From contig JBMYPC010000028.1 of NCBI GenBank assembly GCA_049599895.1, positions 1 through 28,152 of the forward strand: DNA of 28,152 nucleotides. The letters are read 5' to 3'. The stretch comes from Bacteriovoracaceae bacterium (GTDB lineage: Bacteria; Bdellovibrionota; Bacteriovoracia; Bacteriovoracales; Bacteriovoracaceae). Shown here piece after piece: positions 1 to 9,746 of the stretch. The notes under the pieces are model-generated. The model saw only the letters and a program-made list of their open reading frames with translations, was not told the origin of the DNA and searched no databases. A program made the position numbers and the translations under genes. How positions within the stretch are numbered: the first letter of the stretch is position 1; every line of letters starts with the position of its first letter.

Positions 1-288
1 ATTGTTAAATATTTCTAATTCGTCAATATTCATCCTAATATACTCTTCGTACAATTTAGAAATTTCTCTGCAAAATACTATTTTTCTACCAGCAAAATGT
101 TTTTTAAATCCTGGGATAATCTTATTTATTTTCTTTGATGGTGAAAAAAAAACTATACTGTGATTAAAGATTGAGAGTTTTTTTAATTCTCCGTCAATAA
201 ATTCAATTCTTTTTTTGGTTGCGGAACTATCTGCAAGAGTTGAAAAGATTGGAAGAAAAAGAATAATAAGAGACGCTACCCATTTCAT
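1..288 (-). CDS. Hypothetical exported protein, partial (runs off the window start)
   Basis: Manual translation from ATG at 288 gives MKWVASLIILFLPIFSTLADSS..., open to position 1. Signal-peptide-like N-terminus; AAAGG upstream. Confidence 0.65.
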   Translation of the reverse strand, partial: MKWVASLIILFLPIFSTLADSSATKKRIEFIDGELKKLSIFNHSIVFFSPSKKINKIIPGFKKHFAGRKIVFCREISKLYEEYIRMNIDELEIFNN

Positions 289-383
289 AAAATGACCTTT
301 TAAAATTAACATTATATTTGAAATGATTATGATAATCGAATGATTCGAAAAAAACTAGCAAGACAAATACTAATTTTTTTGGG

Positions 384-1754
384 TTAAGCGCTTAATCTAC
401 TAAAACGTTTTTGATTGAAACAAAGAACAATTTCATCGGATATTTTTGAAAGAGGCACAACTTTCTTTACAGCACCAAGCTCAATTGCTCTTCTTGGCAT
501 TCCAAAAACAACACAACTAGATTCGTCCTCAGCAATAGTATAGGCTCCAACATTTTTTAATTTTAAAAGACCTTCAGCTCCATCTTTTCCCATCCCTGTT
601 AGAATCACAGCCAAAAGATGCCTTTCATTGAGGGATACTAGGGAATCAAACAGGTAATCCACAGAAGGTTTAAATCTATTAACAGGTAGATCATCTTTTA
701 TTATGGATTTATAAAAACCTTTATCCTTAACAACTTTAAACTGCTTTCCACCCCGAGCGATATAAACCGTGTTTTTTTGAATGTCTTCTCCATTTTCAGC
801 TTCCTTCACTCGAAAAGCACATAACTGATTCAAACGATCAGCCAAAGCTTTTGAAAAGACTTCAGGAATATGCTGAGCAATAACGATTGGAGGAATTTCA
901 TCAGGTAATGACGTTAAAATATACTCTAATGCCTGGGGCCCACCTGTTGAAGAACCGATGGCAATCAATCCCTCTAGCGAATCAAAAGGAATAAGAGTTT
1001 TTGTCGCCCTCTCTACTGAAATCTGGTTTCCACTAGCAATCACCTCTAGCTCGGAGATGATTTTAGCACTTACCTTTTCAATTTCATTTAAAGAAGGTTT
1101 TTGAATATAACTTTTAGCACCGTTAGAAAGCGCCTCCATAACAAGAGGGCCTTCATTCATACTCACAGAACTAATCATAACAGTTGGTATCTTCGTGGCC
1201 TTAAGATAGGTCTTGAAAAATTCAACTCCATTCATTTCTGGCATGTGGATATCAAGAGTAATGATATCTGGTCTTTCTTGCTCAATAATTCTTCTTGCTT
1301 CACTAGGCCCATCAGCAACAGCGAGAAGTTCAAGCTTATTTGATTTAAGAATAATTCGAGACAAAATCTTTTGAATCGTTTTACTATCGTCAACAACCAA
1401 AACTTTTTTCTTTTGATTTTTCTCGTCAAAGCTTTTTGAAATTCTTACTTTTCCAGTGTCTGAATAAAAAACAACTTCAAGGTCTTCTTGCAAAAAAATT
1501 GATTTTTTAAAAGCTCCTTTAAAGAGTTCTAAAGATTTTATTTCATTAAAGATTCTTTGATCTCCAACAAACTTAACTTCGTTCGCACTTTTAAAACGAG
1601 AAAACTTCTCTAAATCCTTCGAAACGAAGTTCTTCAACCAGAGACACTCAATCGTTTCATCTTTATTTTTAAAAACGATTAATGCATCACCACTGTGAGA
1701 CAGACTGAATCGTAATGATTCGGAAGTTTTTTGAATTAACCGTTTGATCCCCAT
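384..1754 (-). CDS. cheB: Chemotaxis methylesterase CheB (REC + methylesterase) with a ~115 aa N-terminal extension, possibly CheD-like
   Basis: REC motifs VLVVDDS and TLDIHMPEMNG. Catalytic motifs IGSSTGG, AQHIP, KPSVD and ILTGMGKDGA. Confidence 0.93.
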   Translation of the reverse strand: MGIKRLIQKTSESLRFSLSHSGDALIVFKNKDETIECLWLKNFVSKDLEKFSRFKSANEVKFVGDQRIFNEIKSLELFKGAFKKSIFLQEDLEVVFYSDTGKVRISKSFDEKNQKKKVLVVDDSKTIQKILSRIILKSNKLELLAVADGPSEARRIIEQERPDIITLDIHMPEMNGVEFFKTYLKATKIPTVMISSVSMNEGPLVMEALSNGAKSYIQKPSLNEIEKVSAKIISELEVIASGNQISVERATKTLIPFDSLEGLIAIGSSTGGPQALEYILTSLPDEIPPIVIAQHIPEVFSKALADRLNQLCAFRVKEAENGEDIQKNTVYIARGGKQFKVVKDKGFYKSIIKDDLPVNRFKPSVDYLFDSLVSLNERHLLAVILTGMGKDGAEGLLKLKNVGAYTIAEDESSCVVFGMPRRAIELGAVKKVVPLSKISDEIVLCFNQKRFSRLSA

Positions 1755-1772
1755 ATGACTCTCTTTAAAAAC

Positions 1773-3611
1773 CTATTTGTCGCCTAGGTACTCAGTTCCA
1801 ATATGGGCAAAACTCGTCCACGGAAAAATATCATCTGCTTCGCCCTGATGTTTTTCGGCAACATCAGCCACATCCTCCAACAGAAGGTTTTTCGTCTGGA
1901 GGCTCCCTACCCAACGAAGGGCCTTTTGAGTGGGTAAACCAAATACCGAAACCAATGTCTTTCTTTTTCTCAATTCAAGACCGATTAAGTTTGCATGTTT
2001 TGAAAAGTCACACAAATAAACTTTATTCTTCTCTGTAGCAGAATCAGAGAAAACCTCCACTCCTGAAACAATTCCTAGCTTTTCTTGAATAACTTCAAGA
2101 AAGTTCCCGTTACCTTCAAAGAAGAGATAAGTTGGAGGTTGTGTTCCCGAAAAGGATTGTAAAATTGATTTCACTTTTTCAAGGTCGCTCATCGCACTAA
2201 AGAAAACTCTCGCCTTAGTGTCAGGGTTTTGAATATCAAAAGTTTTTTTAATGTCAGTATCAAATGATCTTCTATACGCTTTCGTTCCATTGAGAAAAGT
2301 CATTTTTAGTTTATTTTTAATTTCTTCAGCTCGCTCCATAAGATTGTTGAGAGCTGGCTTTTCAACAAAATCAAAGGCCCCAAGCCTTAATGCTTCTTGA
2401 GCATAACGGCTGTCTTCACGACTTGCACTTGAAACCATCACCACATGAGGATGATCATGGCGATGATTTTTCTTTAAATATTCAATTCCATCCATTTCAG
2501 GCATATGAATATCTAATGTCATGGCATCGACGGTATTGTTCTTTAAGAACTCCTCTGCTTCTTTTCCATTTTCAGCGACACCGACAAGTTCAAATGCCGA
2601 ATCTGTTGAAAAAATCTTGCTCATAAGTTTTAAAATACTTTTACTATCATCAACAACTAACACCTTAATAGGTATTGGGATAATTGGAGTGTTCACTGAT
2701 TGAGTGGTTGAAGTTTGTGTTTGCGAAATAACTTCTTCTTTCTCTTCAACCTCTTCAAGTGGCTCAAAACTATAAACACTTGGAGCATGGGCCAAGATGT
2801 CGATAGATAAACTCTTAAGCGACTCACTTAAACCAGTTATAAAAAGACTTTTTGGGTAAAGATATTTTTCAAATTCAGAAACAATTTTTCTAACATCATC
2901 ATTTTCAAAATAAATAAAGACATTCCGACAAAGAATGATATCAAACTTCTGTCCACCAAGAGTCGACTGGAGATTAAGCAGGTTCATAACATCAAACTGA
3001 CATTTCTCTTTAATATGTTTCTTAACTCTTGCAAAATGGGCAATTTCACCAGTTCCTTTTTGCCAATTCCCCGAAAGATACAAGGAAGGTATTGTTTTGA
3101 CTTCTCTTAGCGGGTAGACGCCATTTTTTCCGATTTGAACACATTCTGGATCAATATCTGTTCCAAGGATTTCATAATCCATACCTGGGTATGCTTTAAG
3201 ATGTGTTTCAAAAAAGGTTGCAAGAGAATAAACCTCCTGTCCCCTACTACAAGCAGCTGAAAGGATTCTAATCTTTGAAGAGCCGCTATCCTTTACTCTT
3301 TTCACAATGGAGGAAAGATTCTCAAGAAGATACTCAAAATGACTAAATTCTCTAAAGAAAAAAGTATGATGTGTGGTCAACAATGTGACAAGCTGTAACA
3401 ACTCAGACTTTTCATGAGTCATGAAGTATTTAAAATATTCTTCAGCAGTCATGTTCCCAAGATCGATGAGCCGTTTTTTTAAGCGACTCATGACCATTAG
3501 CATTTGATCCTCTCCGAGAATATTTCCACTTTCTTTCATGACTAGTTTTGATACATACTCGGCAAGATATTCCATCGAGACCTTAGAGGTGCTCACTTTA
3601 GGAAGTCCCAT
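1773..3611 (-). CDS. cheR: CheR methyltransferase fused to a CheB-type receiver domain and a degenerate C-terminal domain
   Basis: CheR motifs TTHHTFFFRE, SAACSRGQEVYSLA, GTDID and CRNVFIYF, followed by REC motifs VVDDS, LDIHMPEMDG and FVEKP. Confidence 0.88.
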   Translation of the reverse strand: MGLPKVSTSKVSMEYLAEYVSKLVMKESGNILGEDQMLMVMSRLKKRLIDLGNMTAEEYFKYFMTHEKSELLQLVTLLTTHHTFFFREFSHFEYLLENLSSIVKRVKDSGSSKIRILSAACSRGQEVYSLATFFETHLKAYPGMDYEILGTDIDPECVQIGKNGVYPLREVKTIPSLYLSGNWQKGTGEIAHFARVKKHIKEKCQFDVMNLLNLQSTLGGQKFDIILCRNVFIYFENDDVRKIVSEFEKYLYPKSLFITGLSESLKSLSIDILAHAPSVYSFEPLEEVEEKEEVISQTQTSTTQSVNTPIIPIPIKVLVVDDSKSILKLMSKIFSTDSAFELVGVAENGKEAEEFLKNNTVDAMTLDIHMPEMDGIEYLKKNHRHDHPHVVMVSSASREDSRYAQEALRLGAFDFVEKPALNNLMERAEEIKNKLKMTFLNGTKAYRRSFDTDIKKTFDIQNPDTKARVFFSAMSDLEKVKSILQSFSGTQPPTYLFFEGNGNFLEVIQEKLGIVSGVEVFSDSATEKNKVYLCDFSKHANLIGLELRKRKTLVSVFGLPTQKALRWVGSLQTKNLLLEDVADVAEKHQGEADDIFPWTSFAHIGTEYLGDK

Positions 3612-3643
3612 AAATCCCTTTTCTTATCCTCTAAATTGTTTTC

Positions 3644-5794
3644 TTAAAGATCTTCAAATCGAGGGTCATCTTCACTCGGAATTGAAGTATCTGATCCTGA
3701 AACCTTCAATGCAGATTCTTGCTTCTGTACCACTTTCGCAGGCATTTTCTCTACATGTTTTTTATTGAGAGAGACAACATTTCGAGGCTCTGATTTTTTA
3801 GTCGCTCCCACAGGCGCTTTAGCTTGTTTTTGTGTTTTTGAAACAGCCTCTTCATTCTGACCTTTATCGCTTTGAGCATCAGCCTTAAAAACTTGCCTTT
3901 TACCTTCGACGATCTCCCTCAGTTCAAAAACAGCCTTATTAAGATTCACCGCTTGACGACTTAAAGAACCCGCCATCAGAGAGGCTTCTTGAGATGAAGC
4001 AGTATTTTGGTGAGTCACTTCATCTAACATCTGCATCGCCTTATTCACTTCTTGAACCCCAGAAGATTGTTCCTCAGAAGCTGTTGCAATTTCTGTGATC
4101 ATTTCATTTAGGCTACTTGCATTTTGAAGAATCTCATTAAGAACTTCGCCACATTCCCCAGCTGTCACTTCTCCAAAATCAACTTTGTCCTTACCGACCT
4201 GAACAAGACCTCCAATGCGACTTGTTGTCTTTTCAACAATATCTTTCACCTGTTGAATAGAGGATTCAAGCATCTCTGAAATCTCAAGAGAAGCTTTCCC
4301 TGACATTGAAGCCAGGTTTCCAACTTCCTCTGCAACAACAGCAAAACCTTTTCCATGTTCACCAGCTCTTGCCGCTTCAACACTTGCATTAAATGAAAGA
4401 AGTTTCGTTTGAAAAACAATGTCATTGATAACATTTGTTTTCTCACCAATTTCTGAAATAAGTTTGACGATTTTAGCAATCTCTTTATTGTTTGAATCAA
4501 CTTCTTCCATAATTTGAGTGTTACTTTTTGAAATTTCCTGGATAGCCGAAACCATCTTTGAAACTTTCTCTTGTCCATTTTGTGCAACATTTGTTGACTT
4601 TGAGGACACTTGTGTTGAAAGAGTTGCGGCATCAGAGTTCTTCTGAACCATACTGCTAATTTCATCCACAGATGAAACTGTTTCCTGAAGCGAGGCTGCT
4701 TGTCGAGTTGCTGCTTCACTTAGTTGGCTGCTTGTTGCCGCAATCAATTCACTCGATCTTTCAACATCCGCAGAATCATTAACAAGACGAGAAACAACTC
4801 CAAGAACTTGCTTTGATACAGAACCTGCTGTCCAAAACATAAAAAAGATGACAAAAAGAGTGAAAACAAGTGCTGTGCATGAAACAGTGACGAGCTTTTC
4901 AAAAATTTCGCTTTTCTTACCTTCAACAATTCTTTTAACCTTCATCTTTTCATAAACAATAAGATCTCCAAGAACATTCAGAGCATTTGTAATAATCCCA
5001 AAAAATTGCTTCGAGTCTTGATAATAACCACCTTTGTCAGAATTTTTTAAAATAAGATGAAAAGTGCTCGTGACCGTTTGCCAGTCTTTTGAGTTTCGAA
5101 ACTTTTGAATTAACTCTTTTCCCTCTCTGTCAAGCTTAAGACCAGATGAAACAATACCAGCATCCACTCCAGACTTAAGCAGAAGAATCTCGCCAAACTT
5201 CTTTTTGGAAACAGGAGCATTCTTGGCTAGGATCGCGGACATATTTGCTCTCAGTTTTCCTCCAGACTCTTTAGAATCTTCTAAAATTCGAAGTGTTTGA
5301 AGCTGGGCTGCAATCTCTGGAAAGTTTGTTTGAAAAGCTACATCTTTTTGAATTTTTAAGAGAGTGAGGACTATCTGTGTATAAGATTTAAGAGCGTTCC
5401 CCAAAGCAATTGCTTTACCATTTACCTTAGAACGAAGTGGGTCGAGTGCACTCAGCTTATCAAAAACACTCTTCTTATAAACGGGATCAAAGCTTGAAGT
5501 TTTTAAAGTTTCTTTAAAAGCAAGAATCAGCTTATCATTGATTGCTCGTTGGGCTTTGACATCCTCAAGAGTTGTTCCTCCATTGATAAAAGAAGCTGTT
5601 TTTCCTCGTTCTTTCTGAGTTTCATGAACAACGTTCGACGCTGCGATCACTACATCCATTTTTGTTATAAGTGAAGTTGTTTCTTGGTAATCACCATAAT
5701 TTGTATACAAAGAATAACTTGTCACGGTTAAGTAGCTAAGAAGCGGAACAATACCCACAAATATAAGTCTGGTCTTTAAACTGAGATTTTTCAT
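3644..5794 (-). CDS. Methyl-accepting chemotaxis protein with a NIT-like periplasmic sensor domain
   Basis: Two TM segments. VHETQKERG resembles the NIT signature. Signalling hairpin QTKLLSFNASVEAARAGEHGKGFAVVAEEV. Confidence 0.92.
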   Translation of the reverse strand: MKNLSLKTRLIFVGIVPLLSYLTVTSYSLYTNYGDYQETTSLITKMDVVIAASNVVHETQKERGKTASFINGGTTLEDVKAQRAINDKLILAFKETLKTSSFDPVYKKSVFDKLSALDPLRSKVNGKAIALGNALKSYTQIVLTLLKIQKDVAFQTNFPEIAAQLQTLRILEDSKESGGKLRANMSAILAKNAPVSKKKFGEILLLKSGVDAGIVSSGLKLDREGKELIQKFRNSKDWQTVTSTFHLILKNSDKGGYYQDSKQFFGIITNALNVLGDLIVYEKMKVKRIVEGKKSEIFEKLVTVSCTALVFTLFVIFFMFWTAGSVSKQVLGVVSRLVNDSADVERSSELIAATSSQLSEAATRQAASLQETVSSVDEISSMVQKNSDAATLSTQVSSKSTNVAQNGQEKVSKMVSAIQEISKSNTQIMEEVDSNNKEIAKIVKLISEIGEKTNVINDIVFQTKLLSFNASVEAARAGEHGKGFAVVAEEVGNLASMSGKASLEISEMLESSIQQVKDIVEKTTSRIGGLVQVGKDKVDFGEVTAGECGEVLNEILQNASSLNEMITEIATASEEQSSGVQEVNKAMQMLDEVTHQNTASSQEASLMAGSLSRQAVNLNKAVFELREIVEGKRQVFKADAQSDKGQNEEAVSKTQKQAKAPVGATKKSEPRNVVSLNKKHVEKMPAKVVQKQESALKVSGSDTSIPSEDDPRFEDL

Positions 5795-5816
5795 AATAGC
5801 ATTTTATCCTTTTTTT

Positions 5817-6317
5817 TTAAGCCGCAGCTTTTTGAAACTTTTTGATTTCACCAATATTAAGAACATTTTCAAGGTCAAGAAGAATGGTAAGCTTCTCACC
5901 TCCTTGATAAACACCTTGAATATACTTTGAATTGATTTGACAGCTGACCTCAGGAACCTCTGAAACAAGATCTGATTGAATATTAAGGACACTGTTAATT
6001 GAATCAACAATAACACCAATTCCTACACCATCGAATTCAACAATGACGACTGCTTCTTCTAAACCTTCTTCTTTAGATTTGATCTTAAGCCGGCTTCGAA
6101 GGTCGATCACAGAAATAATTTGTCCTCTTAGGTTCATAATTCCAACATAATGAGAAGGGCTGTTTGGAAGAGGAGTCGTCTCTGGTAGAGGAATCACTTC
6201 CTTTACACTGAGAAGATGAATGGCATAATTCTCGTGCCCTAAGCCAAATTGAAGATACCTTTGAGTCTCTCCTAATTCTTCCTCGTGATTGTCTGTTTCA
6301 AATTTACTTGTTTTCAT
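5817..6317 (-). CDS. cheW: Chemotaxis coupling protein CheW
   Basis: GIMNLRGQIISVIDLR and GVIVDSIN motifs; operon context. Confidence 0.95.
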   Translation of the reverse strand: MKTSKFETDNHEEELGETQRYLQFGLGHENYAIHLLSVKEVIPLPETTPLPNSPSHYVGIMNLRGQIISVIDLRSRLKIKSKEEGLEEAVVIVEFDGVGIGVIVDSINSVLNIQSDLVSEVPEVSCQINSKYIQGVYQGGEKLTILLDLENVLNIGEIKKFQKAAA

Positions 6318-6336
6318 CGAAACGTTCTCCCTTTCT

Positions 6337-8251
6337 CTAGCTCGCTATGTTTTGTTCTTTTAAGAATTTTTTATATCCACTACTTTTCTTTAAATCGTTT
6401 TTAAAGAGTTCAAGCAGATCAAGAATTAATGATGGCCGTCCGTCGCCCATAATTGATGAGCCCATAACACCTTTTCTGTTTTTAATATCTTCACCAAGCT
6501 TTTTGATGACAATCTGTTGTTGAATCACAATATCATCCACAACCACACCAAAAACGTGACTTAAACCTTTCACAACAATAACAGTATTTCGACTTGTGTC
6601 TTCGAGATTCGCACCTAATTTATTATTGAGATAGAAAAGAGGAAGAACATCGCCTCTGAGTTTGAAAAGCCTTGCCCCTCCAGAGAATTCCTCAATTTCT
6701 TGGTTATCAACTTGAACAATTTCAAAAACCTGTCCAAGCGGAATCACAAACTTTTCTTCTTGGGAACGAATCACAAGTCCATCAATAATCGCAAGGGTTA
6801 AAGGTAAAATGATTTTTAATGAGGTCCCTTCTCCGAGTCGACTCATTAGTTTGACTTCCCCCCCCCAGGGCTTCAATATTGGTTCTCACAACATCCATCC
6901 CAACACCGCGACCAGACACCTCTGTGACCTGCTCTTTTGTTGAGAATCCAGGATGGAAGATTAATTGGATAATTTCCTGATCACTCATCTGAGAATATTC
7001 ATCAATAATACCTTTTACTATCGCTTTGGTTTTGATGACTTCAGGGTCAATCCCCTTCCCATCATCTGTGACCTGGATGACCAGGTTACTTCCTTCGTGA
7101 TAGGCAAGAAGCTCAACATTTCCAACTCTTGCCTTTCCAGTCTCCTCTCTTTGCTCATTGCTCTCAAGACCATGATCAACAGAATTTCGCACAATATGAA
7201 CCAGAGGATCGGCAAGCTTTTCAAGAACTGTTTTATCAACTTCGGTTTCTTCTCCTACCATATGGAGTTTCACCTCTTTACCAAGAGCTTTAGAGGTATC
7301 TCGAACGATACGAGTCATCTTTTGAAATGTTCCTTTAAGAGGAAGCATTCGAAGTGACATAGAAAGCTCTTGAACTTCTTTAAAGAGTTTTCCCATCATA
7401 CCAATAGCTTTATTACTGAGATCATCTTGAATATGTTCATATCGTCTTTGGTAAAGAGCCGTTTGGAGAATAACGAGCTCTCCAACGACATTATTAAGTT
7501 CATCAATTCTTGAAAGTTTTACGCGAATACTCTCTTCACTCGCCCCACCGGCATTTGCTTTCTTAGCATCAGCTTGGGGCTTCGTAGGAGCTGGAGATTC
7601 AGGCTTTTTAAGCTCTGCCACAGGAGCCTCTTCTTTCTTTGGCTCCCCAATCTCCTCAACAGAAATACCAAGCTCTTTCATAGATTCAAGTGCGGCTTCG
7701 TTAACAAGAGATGTTTCTTCCTCTATCACTTCTGTTTCAGCAAAGACAGGCTCAACGGGTTCATTTTCAAATGAATCAAAACTTGGAACTTCTTCAACGA
7801 TTTCATTAGACTCAGATTCGTTTGACTCCGCTTCAGAAGCAACTTCTTCAGAGACAGGCCCATCTTCACCAGATGTCATTTTTTCGAGCCTTTCCTCGAT
7901 ATCACCCATATCAAATTTTGCCTCAAGGTCATCTTTCAGACCTTGAATCATCTCTTGAACTTTATCTTTAAAATCTAAAAGAACGGTGATGATATCATTA
8001 CTTACCTGACGCTCACCTTCTTTGATTTTTAGAATTAAATTTTCTGCAATGTGGGTTAATTCTGAGACCTGGTTAAAACCGACAGCTTTTGAAGTCCCCT
8101 TAAGATTGTGAGCAAGTCGAAATATCTCATCAATTAGCTCTGAGTTGGCGCCACCAACAGTTAATCTTAGAAATGCATTTTCTGCATCTGCAAGTAAATC
8201 ATCTGATTCTGAGAGAAAATCTTGCTTTAGCTCTAGTTCAAAGTCTTCCAT
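6337..8251 (-). pseudogene. cheA: Chemotaxis histidine kinase CheA, frameshifted at a G9 tract (phase-variable, pseudogene or sequencing error)
   Basis: The 5' frame has HPt FRLAHNLKG, N-box HIVRNSVDHG, DDGKG and SGRGVGMDVV. The C-terminal part (GGEVKLMSRLGEGT...LPLTLAI plus CheW-like P5) is in another frame. The frames join at C9 (6858-6866, + strand). Confidence 0.92.
6858..6866 (-). repeat. G9 homopolymer at the cheA frameshift
   Basis: The + strand reads ttgactt-ccccccccc-aggg. G8 would read CTG GGG GGG GAA GTC (LGGEV) and restore the frame. Confidence 0.9.
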
Positions 8252-8286
8252 CGGCACTGCTCTTTTAGATAACAATTATCCAAAAA

Positions 8287-8313
8287 TAATCGGTTGAACT
8301 GTGAAAAACTTTA
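8287..8313 (-). promoter_or_regulatory. Sigma28 (FliA)-type promoter of the che operon
   Basis: The minus strand reads TAAA-N15-ACCGATTA, against the consensus TAAA-N15-GCCGATAA, about 35 nt upstream of the cheA ATG. Confidence 0.75.
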
Positions 8314-8442
8314 CAGAAATATTAAAAATTTAGGCTTTAGAAATATTATGGTGCAAGCAGAGCCTTCCCCTACGAAATCAAGACCTTAGATGTGATTAAT
8401 ACTGGACTCTTATGATACCATCTGGTCGACAAAGTCTAGACA

Positions 8443-9384
8443 TTAGAGGAAATCGATCCTCTCTACTCTTTCACGTTTCAAAGACTTCACCTCTTTAGGG
8501 ATGCAACTTAGGATTGATTCTTCAATGGCATCAATAATTTTTTCTTTCAAAAATACCCGACTATGAACTAAGGAAACTTCCCTTGTCGGTATAGGGGTTC
8601 TAAAAGGCCTCACCAATTTCTTTTGTGAAGCGCTTAGACCATTTAAGGCAAGTTCGGGTAAAAAAGTATAACCACCGTTATTTACAACCATGGCCTTTAA
8701 TGTTTCGAGGTTTCCACTTTCAAACTGGAGATGACGATCATTACGGACATGCTTAACTTTACAAACACGCATCACCTGATCTCTAAAACAATGACCTTCA
8801 TTTAGTAACCAAAGATCGTCGTAATTAAGCTCACTTTCATTTATTTTTTGTTTTTTTAAGTACGGATGATCTTTTGAAGCAAAAATATGGAAGGATTCAA
8901 AAAACAGCGACCTCTCAATAATAGAGTCATCATAAAGGGGCGTCACTAATAGTCCGCAATCGATTTCATCATTTCCAAGCCTTTTAATAATATCTTCTGT
9001 TTTATATTCTTCAATTTTTAGAGTGACTCTGGGGTAATGTTTGGCAAAATCTTTTGCAAAAAGTGGAACAAGATAAGGAGATAATGTTGGAATGACTCCC
9101 AATCTTAATTCACCTTTTAAATCTTCTGAACTTTCATCAATGATCGAGTAAATTCTTTTAAACTCTTTAAGAACAACTTGCGCCTGCTCAATAACCTTTA
9201 GCCCCTCTCGAGTTGGAATGATAGGAGACTTTGACCGGTCAAATAATACCACCCCCAATTCATCTTCAAGCTTTGAAAGTTGCATAGATAAAGTCGGTTG
9301 AGTGACATGGCAAGCAGTGGCAGCCTTTTTGAAATGGCGATACTGGTTAACAGCGATAACATATTCAAGTTGAGTGAGAGTCAT
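8443..9384 (-). CDS. oxyR: LysR-family H2O2-sensing regulator OxyR
   Basis: HTH with ACHVTQPTLSMQ. LLNEGHCFRDQVMRVC carries the two OxyR redox cysteines. Confidence 0.9.
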   Translation of the reverse strand: MTLTQLEYVIAVNQYRHFKKAATACHVTQPTLSMQLSKLEDELGVVLFDRSKSPIIPTREGLKVIEQAQVVLKEFKRIYSIIDESSEDLKGELRLGVIPTLSPYLVPLFAKDFAKHYPRVTLKIEEYKTEDIIKRLGNDEIDCGLLVTPLYDDSIIERSLFFESFHIFASKDHPYLKKQKINESELNYDDLWLLNEGHCFRDQVMRVCKVKHVRNDRHLQFESGNLETLKAMVVNNGGYTFLPELALNGLSASQKKLVRPFRTPIPTREVSLVHSRVFLKEKIIDAIEESILSCIPKEVKSLKRERVERIDFL

Positions 9385-9385
9385 A

Positions 9386-9421
9386 GTAGATACCTTCTAT
9401 GAATTCATAATAAGAATCGAT
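9386..9421. promoter_or_regulatory. Putative OxyR operator in the divergent promoter
   Basis: GTAG-N7-CTAT-N6-ATAA-N7-CGAT, similar to ATAG-N7-CTAT-N7-ATAG-N7-CTAT, directly upstream of oxyR. Confidence 0.45.
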
Positions 9422-9501
9422 TTTAATTATCGCCTTCTTTTTGCGATGATTCAAGCATCAAAGAGTTGCTCTTAATAAAAAGAGAACTAGACAAAGGACT
9501 T

Positions 9502-9742
9502 ATGTTAAAGCCTGTTTCTTTGCCTCTATGAGGTTCAAAGCGATATCGAGTACGGAAGCTTCAATCATTTAGGTATAAATGTAGAGAACTTCGAAGACAT
9601 ACTGAAAAAGCTTGATTCACTCAAAGTCCCTTATCTTTATGGCGGGGTCGTTGAATATCCTCATTCTCGATCAGTTTATATTGAGGATCCAAATGGCATC
9701 GAAATCGAGATTTCAAGCCAATTTGGAGGAGGAATTCAATAA
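9502..9742 (+). pseudogene. VOC/glyoxalase-family gene with an internal deletion and frameshift
   Basis: RBS AAGGA plus ATG gives MLKPVSLPL*. A second frame (9515-9742) reads FLCLYE...FNHLGINV...RSVYIEDPNGIEIEI, a typical VOC C-terminal half with no start codon of its own. Confidence 0.75.
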
Positions 9743-9746
9743 GAAT

